Source: an uncultured Alphaproteobacteria bacterium
Lineage (GTDB): Bacteria; Pseudomonadota; Alphaproteobacteria; Rhizobiales; Beijerinckiaceae
Assembly: GCA_963725195.1 (NCBI GenBank)
Contig: CAVRXX010000030.1
Span: 12,261 to 76,260 of the forward strand
Direction of reading: 5' to 3'
DNA length: 64,000 nucleotides
Position 1 is the first letter of the stretch. Each line of letters starts with the position of its first letter. A program made the translations under genes and the position numbers. Positions 28,955-38,990 of the stretch are shown piece after piece. The notes below the pieces were generated by a model, which was not told the DNA's origin, did no database searches, and was given only the letters and a program-made list of their open reading frames with translations.

Positions 28955-30517
28955 ATGGACCAGACACGCCGGCAATTCCTGGGCAGCGCATCGGCCGTCG
29001 CCGCCGCTGGTCTCAGCGTTTCAAGCTCGTTTATCGGTCCGGCCCATGCGCAGGACAAGAAGACTCTTGTGCTCGCTTCGATGGGCCCAGTCACGGGCAA
29101 CTGGGACCCGACCTCGCACACGACGCTTGGCCAGCTCAGTTTCGAGTCCTTCATTTTCAGCCATCTGACGCGCTCTCCGATGCAGGAGGGGAAGGTGGAC
29201 GAGATTCAGCCCGATCTCGCCACGAGCTGGAAACTGATCGATCCGAACACGCTCGAATTCGTTCTGCGCAAGGGGGTGAAGTTCCACGATGGCAAGGAGT
29301 TCAACGCCGAGGACGTCAAGGCGACGATGCAATATGCGTCGCAATCCTCCCGTCCTGCCGCAGCCTGGTACCCCGGACCGGTCGACGTTGAGATCGTCGA
29401 TCCTTACACCGTCCGCCTCCATACGGAAAAATACGGCTACCCGGCGTCGGCCTACTGGTTTGTCGCCAGCTTTCTGCCAATGATGTCCGCGAAGGATGTG
29501 GCGGATCCGAAGATCCTTGAGAAGCGGCCCAACGGGACGGGACCCTTCAAATATATTGAGACCGACGGCGACAAGAACATCATTCGCGCCAATGACGATT
29601 ATTATGGCGGTCGGCCGAAGATCGACGAGGTTGTCTACGCCTATGTTCCGGACTCGAACACGCGCGTTCTGGGTCTCTTGAACGGTCAGTATCAGATTAT
29701 CGAGCGGCTGGAGCCGGAGCAGTATCAGACCCTCGCTAAGAATCCTGACGTTGCCGTTCATCGCGGTCTTTCGACGGAGAACAAATATCTCCATTTCCGC
29801 TGCAACAAGAAGCCATTCGATGACGTCAGGATTCGCCAGGCGGCCTGTCACGCGATCGACCGTCAGCAGATTCTGGCGCTGATGGGGGACGCCGCTCAGC
29901 CGTCCAGTTGCTACGTCTCACCAATGAAATGGGGATTTGTCGACATTCCTGGCTATCCGGATTTCAACCCCGAGCTCAGCCAGAAGCTTCTCGCCGACGC
30001 CGGGTTCCCAGGGGGCAAGGGCTTGCCCCAGCTCGAGTACATCACGTCGATCGGATTCTATGCGAAGACCAAGGAATATGGCGAGCTCATCGCCGCGATG
30101 CTCGGCGAGCAAGGCTTTGATGTGAAGCTTACCGTCCTCGAGCCCGCCGCCTGGGAGCAGGCGATCTATCGGCGCGCCGACGGGCAGGGACCGGGGCACA
30201 TGTGCGACGTCGGGTGGATCACTGGATCGCCCGAGCCCGACCTCGTGCTTCGGCCGAACTGGTATTCCAAGGCCGCGCTGATCTGCGGCGTGAGCGATCC
30301 GGAGATTGACGCCGTGCTCGACAAGGAGCGCAACGCGTCCACGCCCGAGGAGCGACTGAAGATTCTGCAGACGGAGACCTTCCCGACGATCGCGAAGAAA
30401 GTCCCGAGTTTTTCGCTGTTCTCCGCCGTGAACTTCCACGGAATGGCGAAGAACGTGAAAGGGGTCTACTTCTTTCCGAACGGCCCCATCGACCTCAGCA
30501 AGGCTGAGTTGACGTGA
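28955..30517 (+). CDS. Peptide/nickel-type (family 5) ABC substrate-binding protein with Tat signal
   Basis: TRRQFLG, PDLATSW, LRKGVKFHDG, NGTGPFK, PFDDVRIRQA. Confidence 0.92.
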   Translation: MDQTRRQFLGSASAVAAAGLSVSSSFIGPAHAQDKKTLVLASMGPVTGNWDPTSHTTLGQLSFESFIFSHLTRSPMQEGKVDEIQPDLATSWKLIDPNTLEFVLRKGVKFHDGKEFNAEDVKATMQYASQSSRPAAAWYPGPVDVEIVDPYTVRLHTEKYGYPASAYWFVASFLPMMSAKDVADPKILEKRPNGTGPFKYIETDGDKNIIRANDDYYGGRPKIDEVVYAYVPDSNTRVLGLLNGQYQIIERLEPEQYQTLAKNPDVAVHRGLSTENKYLHFRCNKKPFDDVRIRQAACHAIDRQQILALMGDAAQPSSCYVSPMKWGFVDIPGYPDFNPELSQKLLADAGFPGGKGLPQLEYITSIGFYAKTKEYGELIAAMLGEQGFDVKLTVLEPAAWEQAIYRRADGQGPGHMCDVGWITGSPEPDLVLRPNWYSKAALICGVSDPEIDAVLDKERNASTPEERLKILQTETFPTIAKKVPSFSLFSAVNFHGMAKNVKGVYFFPNGPIDLSKAELT

Positions 30518-30572
30518 GACATAGGCGCAGGCTTGGGAAGGGCCCGGCGCTCTCCCCAGGGCTCACGCAGTG

Positions 30573-31559
30573 ATGTTTGCGCTCGATTTTTTCCTGCGGC
30601 GTCTGTCGCAGGGAGTGGTGATCGTTATTCTCGTCGCGCTCCTGATCTTCACGCTCCTGCGAATCGTGCCGGGGGATCCCGTGCGCATCATGCTGGGCCC
30701 AATGACCTCGCCGTCGGTCATGGAGGAGACTGCGAAGAAGCTTGGGCTCCGTGATCCGATCCTGGTCCAGTTCGGCCGCTATCTGCTTCAAATCGCTCAC
30801 GGCGACTTGGGTCATTCCTTCATACGCAGCGCTCAGGGCGGGAGCACCGGGGGATCGCGGGGCGAGAATACGTTCGACACCGAAAATCGCGCTTCGGTGA
30901 GCGAGCTCATTCTGAAGACCGTGCCGTACAGCCTCTTGCTTGCGGCGTTTGGCGTCCTCTTCTCGCTGATCATAGCCGTGCCCATCGGAGTCGCCGCCGG
31001 ACTGCGGTCCGGCGGCTGGCCGGATCGCGTTGCGATCTACGTGAGCTCCATCCTGGTGTCTCTTCCCAATGTCTGGCTTGGAGTCGTCTTCATTCTGATC
31101 TTCTCGGCGAAGACCGGCTGGCTGCCGGCGATCGGCTACCAGGGGGTCAGCTATGCGATCCTTCCGGCGCTTGTGCTGGCCGTGGAGCTGTCGCCAGTTA
31201 TGATCCGGTCGATTTCCGTGTCCGTGGCCTCGAACCTCCTTGAGAACTATGTCGCCGTGGGAGAGGTCCGAGGCTTGTCGCGCTACCGGATGATCACAGC
31301 GCATGTCTTGAGGAACGCTTCGATTCCGCTGCTCAACTTGCTGGGCATCCAGATCGTCGGCATGCTGCTCGGCGGTCTCTTCGTCGTTGAATACATTTTC
31401 AACTACCCCGGCATCGGACTCCTGATGATCAACGCTGTCTTCCAGCGGGATTTTCCGATTATCCAGGCGATCGGAATCCTCGCTTGCGTAGTCCTGGTCT
31501 GCGTCAATATCGTCGTCGATTTCGTCGCCACGAACATCGACAGAAGGCTTCAATACTGA
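30573..31559 (+). CDS. Peptide-type ABC permease (DppB-like)
   Basis: PGDPV, HGDLGHS, HVLRNASIP, VEYIFNYPGIG, RDFPIIQ. Confidence 0.92.
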   Translation: MFALDFFLRRLSQGVVIVILVALLIFTLLRIVPGDPVRIMLGPMTSPSVMEETAKKLGLRDPILVQFGRYLLQIAHGDLGHSFIRSAQGGSTGGSRGENTFDTENRASVSELILKTVPYSLLLAAFGVLFSLIIAVPIGVAAGLRSGGWPDRVAIYVSSILVSLPNVWLGVVFILIFSAKTGWLPAIGYQGVSYAILPALVLAVELSPVMIRSISVSVASNLLENYVAVGEVRGLSRYRMITAHVLRNASIPLLNLLGIQIVGMLLGGLFVVEYIFNYPGIGLLMINAVFQRDFPIIQAIGILACVVLVCVNIVVDFVATNIDRRLQY

Positions 31560-32473
31560 TGGCGAGCGATCTGGCGATTGGCCGAGTCCAGTCCGCCCGC
31601 ACGCGCCCGAGGGGCCTCGGCGCCAATATGCTCGCGCAGGCCTGGCGCACGGCCGAGTTCAAAGTCGGACTCATCGTCTTTCTGAGCCTCATGCTCATTT
31701 CGATAGTCGGACCCGACATGCTTGGACTCTCCGCGACGCGATTCGACATCGCGGGTCGGTTTCTGCCGCCCATGCCGCTCGACGGATCCCATTGGCCCCA
31801 CTTACTGGGGACCGACCAGCTAGGGCGCGACCTGTTCGTCCGGTCGTTTATTGGATTGCGCAACGCCTTGATGATCGGGGTCGCCAGCGTTGTGGGGATG
31901 TTCCTCGTCGGTTCTCTGGTCGGGATGGTCGCGGGGTACTGGAGCGGTTGGCCAAGCCTCATTCTCATGCGGTTGACCGACGCGCAGATGTCGATTCCCG
32001 TCATCATTCTCGCCATAACAATTCTCGGAGTGTCGCGCCCTACGCCGGGTTCGATCATTCTCGTTCTCATCCTCGCCGGGTGGCCAGCTTACGCGCGAAT
32101 CGCAAGAAGCGCCGCGCTGTCGGAGCGGCGCAAGGAATATGTGAGGGGCGCGCAGATTCTCGGCGCCATGGATGCGCGAATTCTGTTCGTGCACATTGCC
32201 CCGAACATCCTGCCTCCGATCGCCTTCGTTGCGGTCCTCGACGTCGCGCGCATGATGATTTTCGAAGCCATCTTCGGCTTCATCGGCATCGGCATCCAGC
32301 CCCCGACGCCGACGTTCGGGACGATCATTGCGGATGGCACCAAGTATTTGATCAACGCGTGGTGGATCACGACCGTTCCAGGACTTTTGCTCGCCATCAG
32401 CTTGTGCGGCATCAACTTGATGGGCAGCGCGCTCGAGCGCGCGCGCAACAGGCTTCTGCAGGGGATCGGATGA
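31559..32473 (+). CDS. Peptide-type ABC permease (DppC-like)
   Basis: HLLGTDQLGRDL, GWPAYARIAR, HIAPNILP, GIQPPTP. Confidence 0.92.
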   Translation: MASDLAIGRVQSARTRPRGLGANMLAQAWRTAEFKVGLIVFLSLMLISIVGPDMLGLSATRFDIAGRFLPPMPLDGSHWPHLLGTDQLGRDLFVRSFIGLRNALMIGVASVVGMFLVGSLVGMVAGYWSGWPSLILMRLTDAQMSIPVIILAITILGVSRPTPGSIILVLILAGWPAYARIARSAALSERRKEYVRGAQILGAMDARILFVHIAPNILPPIAFVAVLDVARMMIFEAIFGFIGIGIQPPTPTFGTIIADGTKYLINAWWITTVPGLLLAISLCGINLMGSALERARNRLLQGIG

Positions 32474-34341
32474 GCGCCGGCAAGACCGTCCTCGAGGTCA
32501 AAAACCTGTCGGTCCAGCTTCAGCGCGGGGAAGGGCGCACCCAGCCGGTTCTGAGCGACGTGGCGTTCACGCTTCAAGAGGACGAGGTCATTGGGATTAT
32601 CGGGGAGAGCGGGTCCGGAAAGACCGTTCTGTCGAGAGCGCTCGTCAATTGGGTAAGGGAGCCGCTCCGGGTCACGTCTGGAAGCCTGCTCTACCGTGGG
32701 CGGGATCTGCTGCGTCTGCCGGAGAGCGAGATGCAGCGTCTGCGCGGACGCGAGATCGCCTATATCGGTTCGGATCCTGGAAGCGCGCTTGATCCGACGC
32801 TTCCCATTGGCAATCAGATCGTCGAGAAGCTGCGCGCCATCAATCCGTCCCTCACCAGGAGCGAGGCGGAGACACAGGTGGTGCGTGTGCTCGACGCGGT
32901 GCGAATCCCTTCGCCCAGGCGGCGCTTTGACGAGTTTCCGTTCCAGTTCAGCGGCGGGATGATGCAGCGCGTCATGATCGTGGACGCGCTTGTGACGAAT
33001 CCGGCTTTTCTGGTCGCTGATAACATCACTCAGCCTCTCGACGTCACGGTCGCGGCGCAAATCTTGCGGCTGCTCCGCGAGTTGCAGCGCGACTTCAACA
33101 CGGCGATCATTTTCGTCTCCTCGGCGCTCGGCGTCGTCAGCGAGATTGCCGACAGCGTTCTCGTTCTGGCGCGCGGAAAGGTCGTCGAGGAGCAACAAGT
33201 TCGGAGCCTCATTTCCGCGCCCCAGCACAACTACACGCGCCAGTTGATCCAGGAGGTGCCTCGCATCTGGGACGACGCCGGAGCGTCGAGCGCCGCCTCC
33301 GCCCGACCGGCCGGGGAAACCGAAGTGGTCCTCTCGGTCCAGGACGTCGCCAAGTCCTACGAGACGCGGGACCGCAATCGACTGTTCGGCCGACGAACGG
33401 TGCAGGCTGTGCGGGGTGTGACTTTCGACGCTTATCGAGGCGAAAACCTCGGTATTGTCGGCGAGTTCGGATGTGGAAAGTCGACCCTCTCCCGCCTGCT
33501 CAGCCACCTTGAGGCGCCCGACCGCGGGCAGATCTTATTCAAGGGGCAGGATATCGCCCACATGTCGTCGAAGCAGATTCTGGCGCTCAGGAAGCGATTC
33601 CAGCTGCTTCTGCAGGATCCGTTCAACGCCATCCCGCCGCATCTGCACATCGGGCGGACGATCGCCGAGGCTCTTCGCATCCACGGCGGGCTCAGCCGTA
33701 AGGAAATCGACGAGCGGGTCCGGAGCACGATGGCTGAAGTTGGTTTGCCGCCTGAGGTGCATGACAGCCTTCCTGTTGGTCTCAGCGCAGGACAGCGGCA
33801 ACGCGTAAACATCGCTCGCGCCATGGTGCTGGAGCCTGAGCTATTGATCCTTGATGAGACATTATCGGCGCTGGATCAGGTCGAGCAGGGGAAGCTGCTT
33901 GCCCTGTTCGAACGTCTTCAGGTCCGTCATGGGATCACCTATATCTACATTTCGCACGACCTCAGCATGGTTCGACGCGTCTGCAATCGCATCGCGGTGA
34001 TGTATCTCGGACGGATCGTCGAACTTGCGACCAACGAAGCGACGTTCTTCGATCCCGGGCACCCCTATACGAGGGCCCTCCTGAGCGCCGTTCCCGTGAT
34101 TGAGGAGAGGCCCTACAAGGCCGAGACCTACCTGCTCGAGGGCGAGCCTCCGGACCCGATTGACATTCCTCCCGGCTGCAGCTTTCGCACCCGGTGCCCC
34201 TTCGCCTTCGATCGCTGCGCTTCTGACGATCCGGTCTTGCTGCGCCGCGGCCCCGGCGACTTCGCCGCCTGCCATCTCGTGGACCAGGCCGCCGTGCGCG
34301 AGGGCCGGTTTCTGCCGCGGGTGTTCGAGCGGGCCGGATAG
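32470..34341 (+). CDS. Fused double ABC ATPase (DppD/F-like)
   Basis: ATG 32470 overlaps the previous stop. GESGSGKT, FSGGMMQR, GEFGCGKST, LSAGQRQR, C-terminal GCSFRTRCP. Confidence 0.9.
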   Translation: MSAGKTVLEVKNLSVQLQRGEGRTQPVLSDVAFTLQEDEVIGIIGESGSGKTVLSRALVNWVREPLRVTSGSLLYRGRDLLRLPESEMQRLRGREIAYIGSDPGSALDPTLPIGNQIVEKLRAINPSLTRSEAETQVVRVLDAVRIPSPRRRFDEFPFQFSGGMMQRVMIVDALVTNPAFLVADNITQPLDVTVAAQILRLLRELQRDFNTAIIFVSSALGVVSEIADSVLVLARGKVVEEQQVRSLISAPQHNYTRQLIQEVPRIWDDAGASSAASARPAGETEVVLSVQDVAKSYETRDRNRLFGRRTVQAVRGVTFDAYRGENLGIVGEFGCGKSTLSRLLSHLEAPDRGQILFKGQDIAHMSSKQILALRKRFQLLLQDPFNAIPPHLHIGRTIAEALRIHGGLSRKEIDERVRSTMAEVGLPPEVHDSLPVGLSAGQRQRVNIARAMVLEPELLILDETLSALDQVEQGKLLALFERLQVRHGITYIYISHDLSMVRRVCNRIAVMYLGRIVELATNEATFFDPGHPYTRALLSAVPVIEERPYKAETYLLEGEPPDPIDIPPGCSFRTRCPFAFDRCASDDPVLLRRGPGDFAACHLVDQAAVREGRFLPRVFERAG

Positions 34342-34476
34342 GGAGCGGCGGCCGCCGCAAGCCGTCGAGCGACGTGTTCGATCGCGATGGCCAAAAAGCG
34401 GCTCCGATCCTGTCCGAGGCCGATCGCAGAGGAGGCATGCGAACGTCTGAGCGCGTGAGTGGACGAGGGGCCTGAG

Positions 34477-35994
34477 ATGGATGGAGACGCGCTGCATTCC
34501 CTCGTCATGACCTACGACTTCGGCACGACCTCGCTGAAGGCCGCGCTTTTCGACGCAACGGGCCAAATCCTCGCTCATGCGAGCGAGCTATACCCGCTCT
34601 TTCAACGACGGGTCGGATGGGCCGAGCAGAATCCTCGCTCCCTATGGGACGCAGGGGGCCGAGCAGGCAGGCGGGCTCTCACACAATCCGGCCTTTCCTC
34701 TGACGCCGTCCGCTCCGTCGTCTTTGTCGCTCCTTGGAAAGGGATCATTCCCGTTGGCAAGGACGGAGAAGTCCTCCGCGACGCGATCATCTGGATGGAC
34801 AGCCGTGCGACCGCGGAAGCCAATCGGCTAAACGAGCGCGCCGGCGAATTCATTGGGACTGGCCAGGAATATTGGCCGCGCCTCATGTGGCTCAAGCGGC
34901 GTGAGCCGGACCTCTGGCGGACGAGCCAGTGGGTTATGGGCATGAATACCTATCTCAAGTGGATGGCGACGGGCGCCGTCGTCACCGAGCCGTCCGACGA
35001 CTTTATCCGGTCGGACAGGCCGTCGCTGCATCGCCGCTATCAGAAGATCCTCGCCGCGGCGGGGCTTGCCGACGACATCGCCAAGTTTCCTCCCTCGACT
35101 GCGGCCGGCGAGATCGTGGGACATCTCACGAAGGCCGCCGCCGCGCATCTGGGCCTCACCGCCGGCATCCCCGTTTTTGGAGGCTTCGGCGACCTTCCCG
35201 CGATAACGGCCGGGGCCAACGCGCTCGTCCCCGGCGCTACGCACATCTATCTCGGCACGTCTTCCTGGTTGCTCTGCGTGCTCGGGGCGGACGAGACAAT
35301 CCAATCCTCCCTGAGGGTGACGCTCGACCGACGATATGACGGCGCCGTTTACGGCTTGCAATCAGCCTGCCTTGCCTTCGACTGGATCGTCGAACAGGTC
35401 TATGGACTGGAACGAGCGAAGCGGGGAGAGGGATTCCTGGACTTCGTCAACGCGCAAGTCGCGGAGCTCGCCCCAGGTTCCGACAACCTCCTCGCAACAC
35501 ATTGGTTGACTGGCGAGCTCCCTCCCTTCTCGAAGGCCGCCAAAGGCGTCTACCTCAATCTGACAACTGTTCACGACCGGCGCCATATGGTTCGCGCCAT
35601 GATGGAAAGCATTTGCTACTCGCATCGAATGTCGATCGAATGGTTCGAATCTCAAGCGCGCGGACATATCGACGAGATCAGGGTCGTGGGTGGGGGCGCG
35701 TCGAGCTCGGTTTGGATGCAAATGCTCGCCGATGTGCTCGGTCGAACGGTGCTGGTCCCTGACGCCCCGAGGTTCGTCGGAGCGGTCGGAGCCTATCGGT
35801 GCACCCTCAGCGCGAATGGCGAGCGCGCTCTCGATCCGCAAGCGGGTGAGTGCAAACGATATCAGCCGCAGGCCAAAGCTGGCGCCGTCTATGACCGGCT
35901 TTACAAGACCTATCGCGAGATCCACCCCGCCTTGCTCAACATCTTCGAGAGCCTCAATGGACAGAGCGGAGAACAGGACGGCTTGGCGTTATGA
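34477..35994 (+). CDS. FGGY carbohydrate kinase (xylulokinase-like)
   Basis: YDFGTTSLKA, WAEQNP, AIIWMDSRA, IYLGTSSW, VVGGGASSSVWMQMLADV. Confidence 0.88.
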   Translation: MDGDALHSLVMTYDFGTTSLKAALFDATGQILAHASELYPLFQRRVGWAEQNPRSLWDAGGRAGRRALTQSGLSSDAVRSVVFVAPWKGIIPVGKDGEVLRDAIIWMDSRATAEANRLNERAGEFIGTGQEYWPRLMWLKRREPDLWRTSQWVMGMNTYLKWMATGAVVTEPSDDFIRSDRPSLHRRYQKILAAAGLADDIAKFPPSTAAGEIVGHLTKAAAAHLGLTAGIPVFGGFGDLPAITAGANALVPGATHIYLGTSSWLLCVLGADETIQSSLRVTLDRRYDGAVYGLQSACLAFDWIVEQVYGLERAKRGEGFLDFVNAQVAELAPGSDNLLATHWLTGELPPFSKAAKGVYLNLTTVHDRRHMVRAMMESICYSHRMSIEWFESQARGHIDEIRVVGGGASSSVWMQMLADVLGRTVLVPDAPRFVGAVGAYRCTLSANGERALDPQAGECKRYQPQAKAGAVYDRLYKTYREIHPALLNIFESLNGQSGEQDGLAL

Positions 35995-37535
35995 AAGTTC
36001 TGATCACCGAAATCCGGCAGGAGAGCAATTCTTTCAATCTGCTTCTTTCGGGACTTGCACACTGGAGGAGAAGCGGTTGGGTTCTGGAGCCCAATGAGGT
36101 TCGCGATGCGCTGAAGGGCATCGAATGCGCGGTCGGAGGGATGATCGAGGTCCTCGAGGCGTCCCCGCACCGGCCGGAGATCGTGTTCGGGCCCGCCTTC
36201 TGCGCGCAGAGCGGAGGCCCCGCTCAATCGGAGGTCATGGAAGCCTTTTTGAAAAGCCTGTTGCCGGCGGTCGAGGCGAACCTGCCGCTGGATGCGGTTT
36301 TCTTCTCGTTTCACGGTGCGCTGCAGACAACGGATTTCGATGACGCCCAGGGCGAGATCGTTCGACAGGTGCGCGAATTGGTTCCGGCTGCCTGCGTTCT
36401 CGCCGCGTCGCTCGACATGCACGGGTACATCACTGAGGCGTTCGCGTCGGCCGTCGACATCATGTGCGGTTACCATACCTACCCGCATGTGGACTTCGCC
36501 GAAACCGGTCGTCGTACGGCGCGGCTGGGTCTTGCTGCGCTCACGTCCTCATCCGCCCCTGCAATGGCCTGGTCGCCGGTTCCCATGATGGTGTCGGCCT
36601 CGGCCTACAACACGCTTTCCGGCCCCTTCCGGGACTTGTCGCTTTACGCTGAGCGCCTGGTCGATAGCGGAGAATTGCTGGATTTCTCGATTTTCCAGAT
36701 GCAGCCGTGGCTCGACGTCTCGAAGCCAAACTCCGCGACCGTCGCGATCGCCAGCAATCCGGAGAAGGCGGAGCGATACGCGCGCGATCTGGCCGAACGA
36801 CTCTACGGGCTTCGCCACGCATTCACCCCCAAGCTGTCGAGCATTGATTTCATCATCGACCGGGCCGAAGACCCAACAGCATCCAAACCGGTCATCCTCG
36901 TGGATTTGGCGGATTCTCCCAACGCCGGCGCCCCAGGAGACAGCATGGCGGTGGCGCGACGTCTGCTCGAACGAAGATCAACGGCGCGATCCGCCGCCGT
37001 AGTGAGCGATCCGGCTGCGGTTGCGCGGGCCTTCGAGGTCGGCGTCGGAGGGTCGGCCGAGTTCGCGATCGGAGGCCATGCAGACGCGAGCGCCGTCCGC
37101 ATCAACGCGGTCGGCTATGTGCGTTCGCTGCACGACGGAGAGTTTCGGCAGGAGTTCGTCGGGCATGGAGGCCGCATTTCACGCATCGGCAAAAGCGCTG
37201 TCGTGCGCTTCACAAACCTTGACGTCCTCGTTTGCCAGACGATCGTGAGCCCCGGTGACCCTCAACTGTACCGCGGGTTCGGTATCGAGCCGCTGATGTA
37301 CGATCTCGTGGTCGTCAAGGCGAACACGTCCTTTCGAGTGGGCTACGCAAAAATCGCCGGCGAGATTTACGAAGCGGACACGCCGGGCGCAGCGGCGCCC
37401 GATCTCTTGCGGCTCTCTTTCCGGAAGGTGACAGGGCGCCTATACCCCTGGACGGACGACACAACGTTCAAGGCGCGGGCCCGCGTCGGACGGGGCGCGC
37501 CAAATTCTTTGCATGGTGAACTGCCCAGCCCGTAG
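35991..37535 (+). CDS. M81 family metallopeptidase (MlrC-like)
   Basis: QESNSF, FHGA, LDMHG, YHTYPHVD, QPWLDV, ADSPNAGAPGDS, VVVKANTSFR. Confidence 0.88.
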   Translation: MKVLITEIRQESNSFNLLLSGLAHWRRSGWVLEPNEVRDALKGIECAVGGMIEVLEASPHRPEIVFGPAFCAQSGGPAQSEVMEAFLKSLLPAVEANLPLDAVFFSFHGALQTTDFDDAQGEIVRQVRELVPAACVLAASLDMHGYITEAFASAVDIMCGYHTYPHVDFAETGRRTARLGLAALTSSSAPAMAWSPVPMMVSASAYNTLSGPFRDLSLYAERLVDSGELLDFSIFQMQPWLDVSKPNSATVAIASNPEKAERYARDLAERLYGLRHAFTPKLSSIDFIIDRAEDPTASKPVILVDLADSPNAGAPGDSMAVARRLLERRSTARSAAVVSDPAAVARAFEVGVGGSAEFAIGGHADASAVRINAVGYVRSLHDGEFRQEFVGHGGRISRIGKSAVVRFTNLDVLVCQTIVSPGDPQLYRGFGIEPLMYDLVVVKANTSFRVGYAKIAGEIYEADTPGAAAPDLLRLSFRKVTGRLYPWTDDTTFKARARVGRGAPNSLHGELPSP

Positions 37536-37765
37536 CGATGCGGGAATTTGATATTCACTGGCCGCACGTCGCCTTCCGATCGGCTCGAGATGTTGCCGAT
37601 GATGTGATCGGCCGGAAATTCACGCGCGTGAACCACCCGTCAAAAAACGCTGCCTTCCTTGCTTCTCTACGTCCGCTTTGCGCGGTGTCTTCACATCGAC
37701 TCAAGTCATTCTCGCAACACAGGTGTTTTGCTGGAGGCTCGATGCTGGCCAGCGCGAAAAATGGG

Positions 37766-38962
37766 TTAGCCCCTCACAACTTCCGGAAGCTTTTCGGCTG
37801 GCGGAGTGTTGCGGCTGCGGCCGGTCCTGACGACGCCGTCGATCATCGTCATGCCGACGCCCGGCAGATCGCCGAGGCGGACAGAGTTGAGGAAACCGTT
37901 TCCCGCCGAATGCTGGGCCTTGTCCATGAACACGAAATCGGCGGCGCGGCCGATTTCGACAAGGCCGCAGTCGAGCGCCCGCATGCGCGCGGTATTGCCG
38001 GTCGCAAAGCAGAACGCGATCTCCGGGGCCACGTCGCCGAGACTCGCGAGCATCGAGACCATGCGCAGGATGCCGAGCGGCTGCACGCCTGAGCCCGCGG
38101 GCCCGTCGGTGCCGAGAATGACGCGACCAAGCTCGCCGCGCTCCATCGCCGTGCGCAGCGTGTAGAGCGCTGCGCGCTCGTTGCCGTTATGGACGAGCTC
38201 GAGGCCGCGCTTGCATCCCTCGCAGATGCAGCGGATCTCCTTGTCGGGCAGCGCGGTATGGCCGCCATTGATATGGCCGACAACGTCGGTGTCGGCCTCG
38301 AGCACGACGTCGGCGCCGATCAGGCCCGAGCCGGGGATCGAGGGGCCCCCGGTATGAATAGTCGACTGGATGCCGTATTTGCGCGCCCACGCGACCATCT
38401 GCTTCGCGTTGGCGCCGTCCTTCACGCCCCCAAGCCCGACTTCGCCGAGCAGCTTGACACCCGCTTCGGCCAGCTCCTTGAAGTCCTGCTCGCTCATGCC
38501 CGGCTCGATCACCGGCGCGCCGGCGTGCAGCTTGACGCCGTTGACGCGGAAGGCGCTGAACGTGCGCTGGGCGGTGATGGCGTGCGCCTTCAGGCCGACG
38601 ATGTCGCGCGGGCGTCCAGGCTGATGCACTTCGCCGGCCGAGATCATCGTGGTGACGCCGCCATGCAGGGTGGAGTCGATCCAGCCGAGCTGGTTCTGGC
38701 GCGGCGTCCAGTCGCCCGAGACGGGATGCACGTGGCTGTCGATGAGGCCAGGCGCAATGACTACGCCTTTTGCGTCGACGACCGTGGTCGCGCCGGATAC
38801 GTCCACATCCTTCAAGCGCCCGACCGCCGTGATGCGTCCGTCGACCGCAACGACCGTGTCGGCGTCGAGGATCGGATTCTCCATAGCCCCCGACATCAGG
38901 AGTCCGATGTTGCGGATGACGGTCTTGCCTGCGCTGGAGGCGGCGGGAACGTCTTGGGCCAT
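37766..38962 (-). CDS. Enamidase-like amidohydrolase (nicotinate catabolism)
   Basis: PGLIDSHVHP, GDWTPRQNQLGWI, ISAGEVH, IHTGGPS, GHINGG, GTDGPAGSG; nicotinate cluster context. Confidence 0.85.
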   Translation of the reverse strand: MAQDVPAASSAGKTVIRNIGLLMSGAMENPILDADTVVAVDGRITAVGRLKDVDVSGATTVVDAKGVVIAPGLIDSHVHPVSGDWTPRQNQLGWIDSTLHGGVTTMISAGEVHQPGRPRDIVGLKAHAITAQRTFSAFRVNGVKLHAGAPVIEPGMSEQDFKELAEAGVKLLGEVGLGGVKDGANAKQMVAWARKYGIQSTIHTGGPSIPGSGLIGADVVLEADTDVVGHINGGHTALPDKEIRCICEGCKRGLELVHNGNERAALYTLRTAMERGELGRVILGTDGPAGSGVQPLGILRMVSMLASLGDVAPEIAFCFATGNTARMRALDCGLVEIGRAADFVFMDKAQHSAGNGFLNSVRLGDLPGVGMTMIDGVVRTGRSRNTPPAEKLPEVVRG

Positions 38963-38990
38963 GGTGAACCTCCTTTGATTTGTACAATGG

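Noticed and set aside
31792-32469. N-terminal extension of the 849-aa ABC ATPase ORF
   Set aside because: It overlaps the permease gene out of frame; the real start is ATG 32470.
35991-37535. Microcystin degradation (mlr) cluster
   Set aside because: Only an MlrC-like gene is present; no mlrA/B/D.
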